A DNA stretch of 64,000 nucleotides from Oikopleura dioica (lineage: Eukaryota; Animalia; Chordata). Position 1 is the stretch's first letter; every line of letters starts with the position of its first letter. The DNA lies in the NCBI GenBank assembly GCA_907165135.1, contig OU015566.1:1240001-1304000 (forward strand), written 5' to 3'. A program made the translations under genes and the position numbers. The notes under the pieces were generated by a model. It worked only from the letters and a program-made list of their open reading frames with translations, was not told the DNA's origin and ran no database searches. This document shows positions 31,298 through 44,031 of this stretch, piece after piece.

Positions 31298-31670
31298 AGA
31301 AAACTATACTAAAATTTCTCTACACTTTCTTCGATTTTTAGCCCTTCCTAAAGAAACAGCAAAAAGGAAATTTGTCGATCTCATCATTTTACTCTACTGA
31401 CAATTTTGTCAAAAAGCTTAATTTATACCCCTCTGAAGACCACTTCAGCTCCTTTTCAATCGTAAATTGAGCGGCTGAAATCTGCATGAATTGCATGGTC
31501 AATGAATTTCATCAATAGAGCTGAGCATTTTACGAGAGCTCTTGAAATACTTATTATTTCGACCAAAATAATTAACAGTAATTTTATGTTTTCACTCGAT
31601 TTTCCTTCGTGAGAAACGAACACATGGTCCTCCTTGATTCCAAAAAGCGATCATTTCAGAATAATTTAAA

Positions 31671-33173
31671 ATGAAGATTTTTTTATCTTTCGCGAGTTCA
31701 ATTTTCGCTCAGAACTGCGTTCGATATTTCGTTCCGGGCATAAAAACGACTGATGATTGTAGAGCGGTGTGTGATTTGTCAGAAATTTGCCACTGCTACT
31801 CGCTAGAGAAGTCCTATGGAAATTGCATTTTCAAGAACTCGGATTATACTGATGGATGTATTGGTAAGACAAGATGACGTAAAAAGAAGATTTTCTATAT
31901 AATAAATTATTAAATATTTTTTTTTAATTTTAAATCTTAGAAACGCTGACTTGCAGAGAAGCAGATGCTCATTTCGACTCAGAATGCTTCTACAACGGTC
32001 CTGAAGATGGGCCAATCAAACCCGGCTGGATCGGAGTCTGGGAAAACACTTACATCACTGAAGGCGACGTTCCGAAATTCGAGGAAATTTCGGCGATCGA
32101 CTCAAATTTGTTTGCAGAGTACATAGCTGTTCCGGTCGATTCAGTCGGAAAGTGCTTCGAAATTTGTCGACTTTCGTCAAGCTGCTCTTGCTACTCGTTT
32201 TTGAAGACTGGGGAGATGGAGACTGGACAGTGCTTTTTCAAAGAACAAATTCTAGAAGACCCGGAAAAGGGGTTCGAAGAAGGAAATTACATCGACGGAG
32301 CGGATTTTATCGAAAACGATGCGAGATTTATGTCCGGATGTGTCGATTTTCAGGAGCCCACAATTGGCCGAATTTCAGGTCGAAAAATCTTTCCTTTTCA
32401 TTAAATAAAAAATCAAGGGGGTGATGTTTTCTGCTCACTGACAAGCCGACCATCAGATGTTTTTGAGAAGCTGATAAGTTATCTTGATTGGATGTTCTCT
32501 CACAATGTTACTTACCAAGAGATGGTCGACTGGGCCCTCAATTACTTCAAAAATGTCGCAAATGACCGCGTTTTTCTCATCGCTGCTTACAGGTTTGATC
32601 AAAAAGGGACCACTGTTCCGAATAATTTTCAGTACAAAAGATGGTGCCAACGCAATGGTGACAAAAAACTGCAGCTTGAATCCGGACGGAAAGTGTTTTC
32701 GGCAAATTTCTCCTGATGAGAGCCAGGAATTTCTCGTCATTGATGTCGAAATGAAGAAAACTGAGGCCTCGCCAGACTGGAGAGATATTATGTGGAAGAT
32801 GAGATCTTCGGACAAGCATTTTTCCGATGAAAATGGCCTCCGAGTTGATCCAGGTAAAGCAACTTTTGAAGAACAAATTTTCAGTTTTCCAGGTTGTGAG
32901 TCGAGTCCGTTTTTCAATTCCTACTACGAAACAATCCGGGAAAAATCGACAGTCTACTCTGCTATCAGTTGGTGTGGAAGCTCGGTGAAAAATCACATGA
33001 GCGAATTCGCCATCGGTTTTACTCGTAAGACTTTTTCGTTATTTCCGCTTTTCCTTGATTTTTCAGCAAATTACTACACGATTTCGCCATATATCAACTA
33101 CGACCGAAAATCTGCCAATTTCCAAACAGTTTCTTTTTCCACATGTTGCTGGTCATTATTTGTCAGTCCTTGA
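31671..33173 (+). CDS. Secreted protein with two PAN/apple-like domains
   Basis: Signal MKIFLSFASSIFA; CRAVCDLSEICHCYSL...GNCIFK and CFEICRLSSSCSCYSF...GQCFFK fit the C-x3-C-x5-C-x2-Y/F...C-x-(F/L)-K PAN pattern; GT-AG introns keep frame. Confidence 0.6.
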
Positions 33174-33368
33174 ATAAAAACTTATAAAAAGAGGCAAAAT
33201 TATTTTCTTTTTAACTTGAGAATCTCAAGGTTATCTCATTGTTGATCATTCTGACGAATGAACCGTGCAAATATACCGGTAAATGATATTTGTTTCTTGC
33301 ACTTTCAATTTACAAAAGCTTTGAATCTATCAAAATCAGTTGTCTCTTGCGATTCCCGAAAATTGCCG

Positions 33369-33989
33369 ATGTCGTCTTCAGAGTCCGACTATTCAGCGGA
33401 AGAGTTACTCGCTGATCCGGAAAAAATTTACCAGTCTTGTAGAGAATGCGGGTAGAAAACCATTTTTGGTAATTTTTAACTTTCAATTTTAAGTGACATG
33501 CCAAGATATTTTCATGAACATCTTATCGAATCATATTACCAAGAGTTCCGCAGACACGACATTTGCTCCGTTAAATTCTGCGATCCATGTTTTCAAGAAA
33601 AAAAGGCTTTGGGATGGGATTGTGATTCTTGCAGGAATTATTTGGACGATGATTCTATATCTCAATACGTAGAAGATCCAACATACCCAGCAAGAATGAA
33701 AAGAGGAGAGGTCAATGCTAAATTTTTAGCTGTTACCAGATCTAAAAACGCAGCAGAATCAAAAATTATTTCTTTGAATAGTGAAATCGCGAGGCAACGA
33801 TCTGAGTTAGCGACACTCACGAAAAATTATAACATTTTACAAGATCTGTCCAAGAAGAATGAAAATCTGAAGACTCAGGCACAATCAACAAACCTTTCCT
33901 TGAGCACCGAAGTGAGAAGGCTAAGATCTGATATTGATGTTCTCAAAAAAGAGCAATCAACGCATCCAAGAGTTATCTACCAAGAATGA
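33369..33989 (+). CDS. Cys-cluster (possible Zn finger) plus coiled-coil protein, unknown
   Basis: Two exons: CRECG...CSVKFCDPC...CDSC followed by heptad-rich SEIARQRSELATLTKNYNILQDL... Confidence 0.5.
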
Positions 33990-34465
33990 AAAAACTCAAA
34001 ATGATGAGATATGTAAGCTTCGACAAGAAATCGACGCTCTCAGAGCAAAACAGAAAAAAGATGATGAGCAGAAGAATAAACTGAAATTTTTCGGGAAAGA
34101 ATTCGAGGAACTGTCGAAGAAATTTACAAATTTTCTTGAATAAAAAATTGAACTCGTGATTTAATTGTTTAAATTCCGAAGAATAGCCTTTGGATAGCAA
34201 TCAGCAATTAGCCTCGCAGTTAGTGAGCCATATCATTGCCTTGTGATCTACGCTTGTACGTCCAATATCTTCTCTGCCGATTGCGATCATAAAATCCTTT
34301 GAAACAGTCAATAATAGTAACTGAGCTAGAAATCAGATTTGATGAGCAGGGTATATAAGCAGACGTGATTCTCAGTCATCATCAAAAAACAAAAACCAAC
34401 AAAAAAAACACTTCCAAAAGCCAAAAAAAACTTGAACAAAGCGGAACAAGAAAAACGAAAAAAAA

Positions 34466-36177
34466 ATGACAAAAGTGCAAGGAATCCGCGCTTTAGCCGG
34501 AATGGGCCTCGAAGGCGCCAGCGTCCTCAACGAAGAAAAGAAAGCTCAAGAGCCGAAGCAATCAACCGTCGTCACCGTCGACGCAACCAATCCGGCGCAA
34601 GAGAAAAACTCCGACATCCAACTCTCTGGCACCAACTTTCTTCAACAAGCCGGGTTGCAGCCATCTGATTATCTCGGCCGCTTCAAGGAGAATTCCTGGC
34701 AATTCTGCACGACGCTGGTTCTCTTCCAGATCATTTTCATCATCCTCTTCGCGATTTTCGTCGACTACGATTCGCACGTCTACAACGATGAAACCTACAT
34801 CAAGCTTCTTCAAGGAACTCCAGCAGAACAAGCCGAAGCGAAAGAGTTCTTCAAGAAATCCGACGAGCACCTGGTCCGCGACTACGCTTGGTTCCAAGAC
34901 GTCCACGTGATGATCTTCGTCGGTTTCGGCTTCCTCATGACTTTTCTCAAGCGGTATTCCTGGAGCTCCCTTGGCTTCAATTTCCTCTTCGCAGCCTTTG
35001 CCATCCAATGGGGAATTCTCTGCCAGGGCTGGTTCTTTGAAACTTCTTCTCATACCGTCGACGCTACTGCTAACCACTGGACGAACTTGAAGAGCATTTC
35101 GATCAACATTCATTCGATGATGGAAGCGGAGTTTTCGGCGGGCACGATTTTGATTTCTTTCGGCGCTGTTTTGGGTGTTGCTTCTCCGGTTCAAGTTCTT
35201 GTGATGATCTTGTTCGAAATGGTCTTTTACAAGGTAACATTCTAGAAAAAAAAATTTTTTTTTTAAATATGAAATTGATCATTTTTTATATTTTTTTTTT
35301 GCCTCCTTCAATCTCATTTTATAGTTGAACGCATGGATTTTGCTCGATATCTTCAACGTTACAGATATTGGTGGTTCCATGGTCATCCACGCTTTTGGCG
35401 CCTACTTCGGTCTTGCTGTCGCTCGATGCCTCTTCAAACGCGGCCACATTGACAATCCAGCTGAGGGTGGCGAGTACCACTCGGATATTTTCTCCTTGGT
35501 CGGCACCGTCTTCCTCTGGATGTTCTGGCCTTCTTTCAACTCCATGCCCGGAAGCGAAGACGATCCCGGCCGATACCTCGCCGTCATGAACACTTACCTT
35601 GCTCTCTGCGGCGCTTGCATGATGACTTACGCTACTTCGATTTGGGCCACTCCTCACAAACGAATCACAATGGAGCATATTCAGAACGCTACGCTTGCTG
35701 GAGGAGTTGCTATGGGTTCTGCTGCTTCGATGCCTGTCACGCCTTTTGGAGCGATTATTATTGGCGCTGTTGCTGGTGTTGTTTCCACTTGTGGATATTC
35801 TTTCATCAAGGTAAAAAACAGCCATCAAAATAAGACTATATCATCATTTCTAGCCCGCTTTGGCCAACGCTATCAACCTCCACGACACTTGCGGCATCCA
35901 CAACCTCCACGGTATGCCAGCCATCCTCGGCGCAATCGCCTCCGTCATCCGTTGCGCTGCTGGGTACCACACAACCGACTTTGTTTCTGGAACAGAAATG
36001 GCGAATTTCCAGCTTGCCGGTCTCGCCTGCACTCTTGGAATCTCCCTCGTCGGCGGAACCATCACTGGAATGCTGATGAACATCCCGCTTTGGGAACAAC
36101 TCGAATTGGAAGAATACTTCGAGGATGGAAAGTACTGGGAAATGGAAGTCTACCAAGTCCCTCAAGAAAAAGAATAA
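34466..36177 (+). CDS. RHCG: Rhesus-family ammonium/CO2 channel (RhAG/RhBG/RhCG-like)
   Basis: Exons 34466-35232, 35326-35811 and 35854-36177. Motifs FQDVHVMIFVGFGFLMTFLKRY, GGSMVIHAFGAYFGL, GTVFLWMFWPSFNS, IQNATLAGGVAMG, HDTCGIHNLHGMP. The paralog label is approximate. Confidence 0.95.
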
Positions 36178-37041
36178 ACTCTTATTTTCCCTCATTCTCT
36201 GTTTTTTCCGACCATCTTAATTTCGAATAATAAACAAAAAATTAAACGTATTCTGAGAGTATTTATTTTTCTCAAGTTGCAATTCAATCAAGGCGTTTCT
36301 GAGTAATGAGATTATGAAAGAGAGAAAATATGAGGAGGATAAATATAAATTGGAAGAAGATTTTCATCAAGGTCAGCCAAGAATAATGAATTACATAAGT
36401 AATTAATTACGTGCTTTTTTTTAAAGTTAACGAAGTATTATTCGAATATGTATAAAGTGTGACCCATCAAATTGATGCTCAGAAGATTTTGAGTCATCTC
36501 AGTATAGATTCATTCAAAGAAACAAATCCAACCGCGGTCAAACCGATTGCCAAAACTACGAAAAAATGCATAATTTATGATTTATTTAATATTTTTTTCA
36601 GTTTTAAGCGGTTAATTTGACCGTGGCCGGGATTGATTCTTCTCTAAGATGATAGGGAATCTTCTGAGAATCAATTTGATAGGCCACAAGTTGCCCATAC
36701 TCCCAAATTTCGATAACTTCCGGCTCAAGAATCGACCGGAAGTGAAGATTTCTGGAATTTTAAAGGGTTCTTGAAATTTTCTTCTGATTCTGAAAAGGTA
36801 TGGTGTTCTGGGGTTTATACATGTAATCATAATTTATATGGCAGAAGTGGGCTGGAAAACTTCGTTAACCTTAAAAAAGCATGTCTTAGTAATCTAAAAA
36901 TAATCTCTTCGACCGACAGTCACAGTGTATTCCCAACAGTACGTTTGACTAACAATTCAAGTTAAAAAGACAGCATGATTATTTAAAATAACATTAAAAC
37001 TCAGTCTTATGGTGCCTTAAAATAACATTTTCTAGAGTTTT

Positions 37042-38172
37042 TTGAGCTCAATCTCACTTGCTTTGATCGTTGGATTATGCGCTTTTGGCGGCTATTTAAA
37101 CCGCCTTCGTGGAGGACTCTGGCCCCATCGCCCCGATGACAAGCCAGAAGACTACTGGTTCAACCACATTCTTCCTCGATTTGTGGTCGGAGCTGGAGCG
37201 AGTTTTATTTCAATTATTTATCTAGACTACAGAGTTTCTATCGCTCTTCTTTTTCAAATCTGGTTTGGCTGCTACTCGGGCTGGGGATGCTGGTTTTTCG
37301 TAAGTTCATCAAGGAAAACTAAAATGGGATGTCTGTAGATCGAGAGCACGCACCCATGCGGCCGAGCTTCAGAGTTCGACTGGCTACTCGGCCGTCAAGA
37401 TGTAGAAAACTGGACTCTTTCCAGACGAGTTGTTCTGGACTACGCGGGCATGGGAGTTCGCGGACTCCAGTGGACAGCGCCAGCTGGCTATTTCATGTGG
37501 CAGCGAGGATTCGGATCTCTTTTCCTCGTTGGTGGCTCTCTCATGGCGCCAGTTTATTTTCTCACTCAACAAGGGCCCATCGGCGGGACGGAAATTTCAG
37601 AATGGACTTGGGGTGGATTTTTATGGGCGTTTATCATTTTCGGTTATATACGAAACGTCTCCCTTTTTGGCACTCCTTCTAAATACCAACTTTCAACAGT
37701 CGAATTCAGAAGACGAGATATTCACCGAACCGCACTCGATTTCACATTCGGCCGGTTTTACAGAACCTGTCGAAGAGAGTTCAAAACCATCAGGAGAATT
37801 TACAAGGAAGGAAACAACTAAACCAAGACAAAAGAGGGAATAATTAAGTTGACTCCTCGAAAGGTTTTTAATACTACGCTTGTCTATAGTTTGTGTCTCA
37901 TTTTCACCGCTTCGACGATGTTTTACGGTCTGATTGTACAGGAGGATATGCGCAACAAGGGCCAAGTACCATTCTTACTCATTTTTCATGGCGATAATTT
38001 ATTCAGACGCTTTTTGGAATTCTTACTTCGTCGATTTTCCTTCTTGCTGTCGTGGTACACTACGAGTCAAAGGACTATTACATCAGAAAAATTCATGCAA
38101 AGATCACTCCCTCTCGCTCCAGAAGCAGTACGGACTCATCATCAGTATCCGAAAATTCTGGCGTTTCAATAA
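37042..38172 (+). CDS. Multi-pass membrane protein of unknown function; 5' start uncertain
   Basis: GGYLNRLRGGLW...WGCWFF|IESTHPC...DWLLG...DYAGMGVRG...APAG...EWTWGG, then further hydrophobic exons (37849-37975, 38027-38172). Confidence 0.6.
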
Positions 38173-38258
38173 GGACGAGGAATTTTAAGGAAAGTGGGAC
38201 GAGTATGATTCGAAGAATAGATCCAACTGCACAGGTTCATTATTCGCTTTATTTTCTA

Positions 38259-38597
38259 TCCCGAACCCAAACCAAAATCAAGCCAAAGCCAAACCTCAAC
38301 CAAAGCATCAGCCCGAACCCAAACCAGAACCCAAACAAAAACCCAAACCAAACCCATACCAAACCAAACCCAAAACCCAAAACCCGAAACCCAAAACCTA
38401 AACCCAAACCCAATCAAAACCAAAACCCAAACCCAAACCCAAACCCAAACCCAAATCCAAACCCAAACCCAAATCATTACCCGACCAGAACCCAAACCCA
38501 ATCAAAACCAAAACCCAAACCCAAATCCAAACCCAAATCCAAACCCAAACCCAAATCATTACCCGACCCGAACCCAAATCCAAACCCAAATCCTAAT
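38259..38597. repeat. Imperfect (AAACCC/CCAAAT)n hexamer repeat with an internal duplicated block
   Basis: Runs of CCAAAC/CCAAAT; the block CCCAATCAAAACCAAAACCC...AAATCATTACCCGACC occurs twice. Confidence 0.9.
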
Positions 38598-39303
38598 ACT
38601 TTCGTTAGATGTACGATACAGTCAGTTTCGCGAGTGAAGAAGAACTGATGGCTGAGCCTGTTCAAAGCGGATTCATTGTTTCCCTCCATAATTTTCTTTG
38701 GCAATGGACATTTCCTGGTGTTTTCCTCGTTTTTGAAGCTTTTCTCCGGTAATTCAATATTTGTTTGCTGATTTTTATTTTGAATTCGAATTCAGATTTG
38801 CGTCGATTGTGAATATTGTTTTGATTCTTGGGTTCACTCTGTTTTCATTCGTCAAGAATATTCATACTGATAGACTTCTCATTTCCGGCTGTCCAGCAAA
38901 ATAAAGATAAGATAAGAGGAATTCAAATGAGTCATTAAAAATGAGAGTCCCAGGCAGATATGAGTTTCCATTTTAATTTTCTAAACTAGTCCAGACAAAT
39001 AGTTCCATAATAGAAACTACTGTATAATTCAGTCTGGCTCGGCTGTCAGATTGCCTCTAGGTGCATTTACCCTCGAACAAAAGCATCTGGAAAAGCAACT
39101 ATCAATATTAACAAAAGCGCGCCCCAGAATAAGAAATTATTGAATAATTAATCTGGCGAAGATATAAATGATCATACAGTTTTTGATCTGCAGAAAATGA
39201 GATTTTTACAGTTTTTACTTTTTAATGTCGGTTTATCAAGATCTTATAATTTTGACAAGATTATGGATAGAAATATGCACAGTTCAGCAAGCTGTAAGAA
39301 TTC

Positions 39304-39421
39304 TTAAGGCGGTAGACGTCGATAAACTAAATTTTCAAGAAAATTGTTAAGGGGACACCCTTAATTCTCAAGAAAAACAAAGGCTTTAGGAAAATTGGCT
39401 TTATCGACGTCTACTCCCTAA
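39304..39421. mobile_element. Short Kolobok-like MITE
   Basis: TTAA-GGCGGTAGACGTCGATAAA ... TTTATCGACGTCTACTCC-CTAA. Confidence 0.6.
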
Positions 39422-41235
39422 GGGAGTCTCCCTTAAGATCTTTCCTCGCTCATTGCTTTAGTAAGATATCTTCTAGCAACTGGCTATTCTCCATTTGCAA
39501 TAATGATGAAACAAGGCTACCTGAAGAAGAAGCGATGAGAAATGAAAATTAGAAAAGAATTTATAATAAATGTTGTTTTATTCAATTCTTTTGCTGAACA
39601 ATTTTTTGAAGAAGCTTTTGGTTTTCTTCGTCTTGACAGTTTCCGACTTAGTTTTTTCTTCGAATAGGTTCATTTCTCGTAAAATTATTTCGTCGATCCA
39701 ATCGTCTGGTTTTCCAGCGATGGGTGTTTCCGATCTTCTTTTATTCCTTTTCTGAGCGTTTTGAATTTGCTTCCATCTTTCATTCGAGAGGGAAAGGTAA
39801 ACCCTTGGGCATTCTGCTCGCACTTGTTCTTCGAGTTCCTTTAGGGGGTAGACATCAAGATCGAGGCTTCCCAGAAGCGGAATCTCGATTTCACGTTAAC
39901 ATATCGTCGCGACACCCTTAAGGGGTGAACGAGCGTGTTTTCCTTGTGTTGCCCTCCACAAACTATCGAGCTGCAAACTGGTCAAAAAATATTTCAAAAA
40001 TCTTGAGGGGATCAATCCGATATTCTTGTTTGAAAAAAGTCAATATCACTTGACGGAGGGATTCTTAGAGAAGAAAGTAAGTGAAATTTAAGTAAGAAAA
40101 ATCATCTAAGAAATCGCGTTTTTTGATGTCAACCCCCTTGAGTCCCCAAACCTTGCCGGTTAGCAATGATTTTCTCTCCATTTTAAATGAAAAAATATCT
40201 AAAAATTCGGAAAGACCTCTCCTTTTTTCTATCTGCCACAATATCCCGCTAACCTGTTTGACATTTAAGCTAAAATACAAGCCGGGTAGAAAGCTTGTTT
40301 TCATCAAATTCATGGGCAGTATGGAAGATCAGAGTCTATGCTACAAATCCAGTTATCGAATTTTTCATCAACTCGAATAAATTAATGTCACGCGCGCCTT
40401 AATTCGATGTTGAAATTTGTGATTTTTGAAGCGTTGGTTTTCATCAGATTTTTTTGGTTTCTTGATATCGGGCTTCTCGAGATTTTCGAAAAAGAGAGAA
40501 AATATGGTTCATGCTGTGAAAAGATATTGTTTTTGCCAAAGGTACTTTATGCTGTTTTCCGCTAGGTTGATGAGTTTTTAGATGCTGTCTCCGAAGAACT
40601 CAGTGCATGGTAGGAATGGGTCCTTCATGTCTGCTAGACAAGTATTCGCGTAGGTAGAGTTTTCGACCCAAAAATAAGCTCAAATGGACAAGGCGCTGGA
40701 AGAACGAGACCCAAAAATGAGAAGAGGACCTCGACAGACTTTTTCATTCAAATGCTGTAAGTTATTCTTGTCTAGAGTCTGACAGTCATTCTTTCAGTCC
40801 ATATTCGCATAAAACTTCGGTCGAGGAGGAAAAACAGCCGCACAGGTGAACCAAAGTTTGAGTTGAAAAACATCTTCAGAAACAATGTTAATAGAAACAA
40901 CTAATCAAAAAAATATATTATCTGCTTTTTTGAACGAAAATAACAATCCTTTTCAGCGAGAAGCACAGGCCTGAGCGGAGAAATGCAACGTTTTAGCTCA
41001 AGTTTTTAGGTCCAAAATTTTGTTTTCTCATATTTTTTTTTGTTCATTTTTATTGACTCTGGACCTTTTTTCTCAGCACACGAGACGTTTCTGATATGTT
41101 ACTGTAATTCACCTGTTATTTTGATAATTCTTGGAGTAAAATCGAAATTTGAAAAAAAAAATTTAGCTTGATTTAAAATTTGAAAATAGAAAGAGACGAT
41201 GAAGACGATGACAACAGACATTTATTAAATATGAA

Positions 41236-43127
41236 TTAAAAGCTTTGGGAGTTGTAAAATTTGGCTAGACTATTTGGCAATCTTCTCATTTCGCAGATTT
41301 CGAGCGCTTTCTCCAGCACTTCATCTTCCTTCAGCGCCCCTGTTACCGGACAAAGTTCTTCAACTGGCTGACACTCTTGTTCCGTCTTAGCCTCAAAGGC
41401 CTCGTTCACGTGATCGACGATCGCATCTGCTGCAGAAATCGCACTTGAAGCTTTGACGATTTCGATTCTAGCGTAAGTTGGTCGCTCGAAGCTGACTGAA
41501 GCTGCTCGCAGGGTGGCGTTCTTTCCGGGAATCTGTTGGGCGCCGAAAAGGGGTTGAGAGTCGACAGGTTTCGCGTCGAAATAGGGGATGAATGTTCGCA
41601 TGTGTTCGATTGACCGTTGTGTTCTCTAGAAAGATTTTTATATTATATTATATTATATTATATTATATTATATTATATTATATTATATTATATTATATTA
41701 TATTATATTATATTATATTATATTATATTATATTATATTATTGACTAGTTACCTTAAAAACATCCGCTTTGGTCCAACCAGAATTGATCTTCGTTTCAAA
41801 CTTTTCATCCAACTTCGGTTGACTCGATTCTTCCGTCGACTTTACAAGTCCGTTTTTAAACAAGGTCACTTTCTCCGTCATTCCATGAATCTGAATCACC
41901 CCATCTGCATACGGCGTGTACTGGGCCATGCCGATCGGTGTTCCTCTCGGGCCGTGGAAAACGATCTCCGGCCACAATCCTGGCTGGTTCCATTGGCAAA
42001 GATAGGCGGCTTTGAATTCGACCAAGCGATCCGTTTTGACTTGACAGAAATCGTCGATGCTGCCGGTTTTGTAGCCGCAAGCGTTGATCAAATAATCCAC
42101 GTGAGTTTCCTCCTCTCCATGGGAGATGGTGTACGTCCCATCTTCGTGCGCGATGACGTCATCGACGGTGGTCGAGCAGAACACCCGGGCGGACGGTAGC
42201 TTCGACAGCGCCAAAGTAGCACTGGCAGCTTGGCGGGGAATGCTCCAGCCGAGCTCGTTCACCATGACAAGAGGGAACTTCAACTGATCTTAAATTAAAA
42301 CATTGATTATCAAGGATTTCAGGATTTGATCGACTTACCGAGATCTACATTTTTGACGACGGGAATGAGCCAATCTGTGAGATTTGCGGGCTCAATTGGT
42401 ATTTCTTCGGATCTGAGAGCTTCGCAGTCTGCTTTCGTGAAAACTTGGTAGTAGTCGCTTGGGTCTCCAAGGACCATGTTTTCGGGATCGACGTTTACGA
42501 GCTCTAGAAATATGATAAATAAGAGGGTGGCTTTGAAAAACGAACTTACTGTTGTAAAGCGTCTGAAGCATTTCCAACCGTTTTAGGATCGTCTCCGGTT
42601 GGCCAGGATCTCTCTTTGGAATCACAATACAAGTCGGTCTATGATTCAACACATGCTTGTACATTCGCACCGTTCGGATGCACTCGTGCAGGAGTTGCAC
42701 GCACTGGTCTTCTGAGATCTCGCGGTACATGTTGCCGCCCGCGTGCAGGTGGCAAAAGGGAGGGCCGTTTACCAACGATGATGACTTTTCAAAGAGCGAC
42801 ACTTTGAAGCCCTTCTCGGCGAGGCGGATCGCAGCGGTGGTGCCACCGACGCCGCCGCCGATGATGCCGATGTGTTTTTCGTTGCTGAAAAATAGTTGAA
42901 TTTTCACGTCGAAATCTTTCATAAGAGTCAAAATTTAAAAATATTTTGAAAAAAGGCAAAAAATTTTGAAAAAACGCAAAAAAATTTAAAAATATTTTGA
43001 AAAAACCGAAAAAAATTAAAAATATTTTTAAAAATGCAAAAATATTTTTAAAATTAAGGGTGTCGACCCGAAAAAAACGATTTTTGTCGAAGTCAAAAAT
43101 TCTTGCTTACCTGTTGATAATCACCAT
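41236..43127 (-). CDS. FAD-dependent oxidoreductase (DAO-like Rossmann fold) of bacterial type, with spliceosomal introns
   Basis: Five exons with GT-AG introns. HIGIIGGGVGGTTAAIRLAEKGFKVSLFEK (GxGxxG...E dinucleotide fold), then CHLHAGG, VEFKAAY, WPEIVFHGPRGTP, IQIHGMT, PLFGAQQIPG. Confidence 0.85.
41639..41742. repeat. (TTATA)n microsatellite in an intron
   Basis: About 20 perfect pentamers. Confidence 0.95.
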
Positions 43128-43636
43128 TTTTAATATAAAAAAATTTTACTTTGAAGAAATTTTTTTTTTCAAAAGTTATTTTCTGTCTCAAGATTTTCTC
43201 AAGTGAACTTTCTATCTCTTCAAGTTTTCTTTATATAGCCAAAACCGGCTCAATCTAAGTCGGTCTGGACTATTCCGTCTCTGTCCATTACGTCTGTCCT
43301 GAGCAACCCTCCGCATAGCCCAGGCCTGATTAAAAATTGAGCGAAGATTCGAGAAGAGATTTTATGTTGAAAAAAGTGAGCCCGAATGTAAAAACGGAGA
43401 AATGTTACGTCATCGTTGGCGTAAAAATCTCATACCCTCTATATTTGCCTCAGGGCTTTTTCATGGTGCGATCCGCTAAGAGGTCAAACTTATGATGAAA
43501 TCTACAGAATAGAATGTCCTGGGCAGCAGTCTGCCGAACCCATTGAACTCTAGCGGAGGGTCGTTGTAATACGAACTATTTGTTCTGTTGGAGACAGTCT
43601 TCAACAATCGTCAATGACCACAAATTTTTTCGACGG

Positions 43637-44031
43637 TACTGAATATGTAACGAATGTAACGAATGTAACGAAAACTCATAAACATGTCTTTTTCTCGTTA
43701 CATTGTCAGTAAAATTCTAGAGATTTTTTGTTTTTCTAATTTCACCCCCTTGAGTTTCCTATATTTTTACCCGCGGAGCGGGCGTTTTGAATCATTCAGA
43801 GCGGGTATGGAAAACGAATCTACCATATTTATGCTATTCTGTATCCTTTTTGGCTTTTTTTTGCTATTTTGGGTATGTTAAATTGTTGTATTTAGTAAAA
43901 TTCCCCAAGATCGCTCTTTAGAAACAGTTTCTAGAATCAGCTAATAAAAAACAACATGTCTTCGTTTTCGTTACATTGTCAGCAAACTCGTTACATTCGT
44001 TACATTCGTTACATTCGTTACATATTCAGTA
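43637..44031. mobile_element. MITE with 9-nt subterminal repeats
   Basis: TACTGAATATGTAACGA(ATGTAACGA)2 ... (TCGTTACAT)3TCGTTACATATTCAGTA; superfamily unclear. Confidence 0.75.

Noticed and set aside
34562-35828. Long minus-strand ORFs opposite the Rh gene; similar shadows opposite other genes
   Set aside because: Antisense shadows of GC3-biased coding sequence with no independent motifs.
38052-38704. ORFs encoding PNPNPN / GLGLGL / VWVWVW repeats
   Set aside because: These are translations of the AAACCC hexamer repeat in several frames, not credible proteins.
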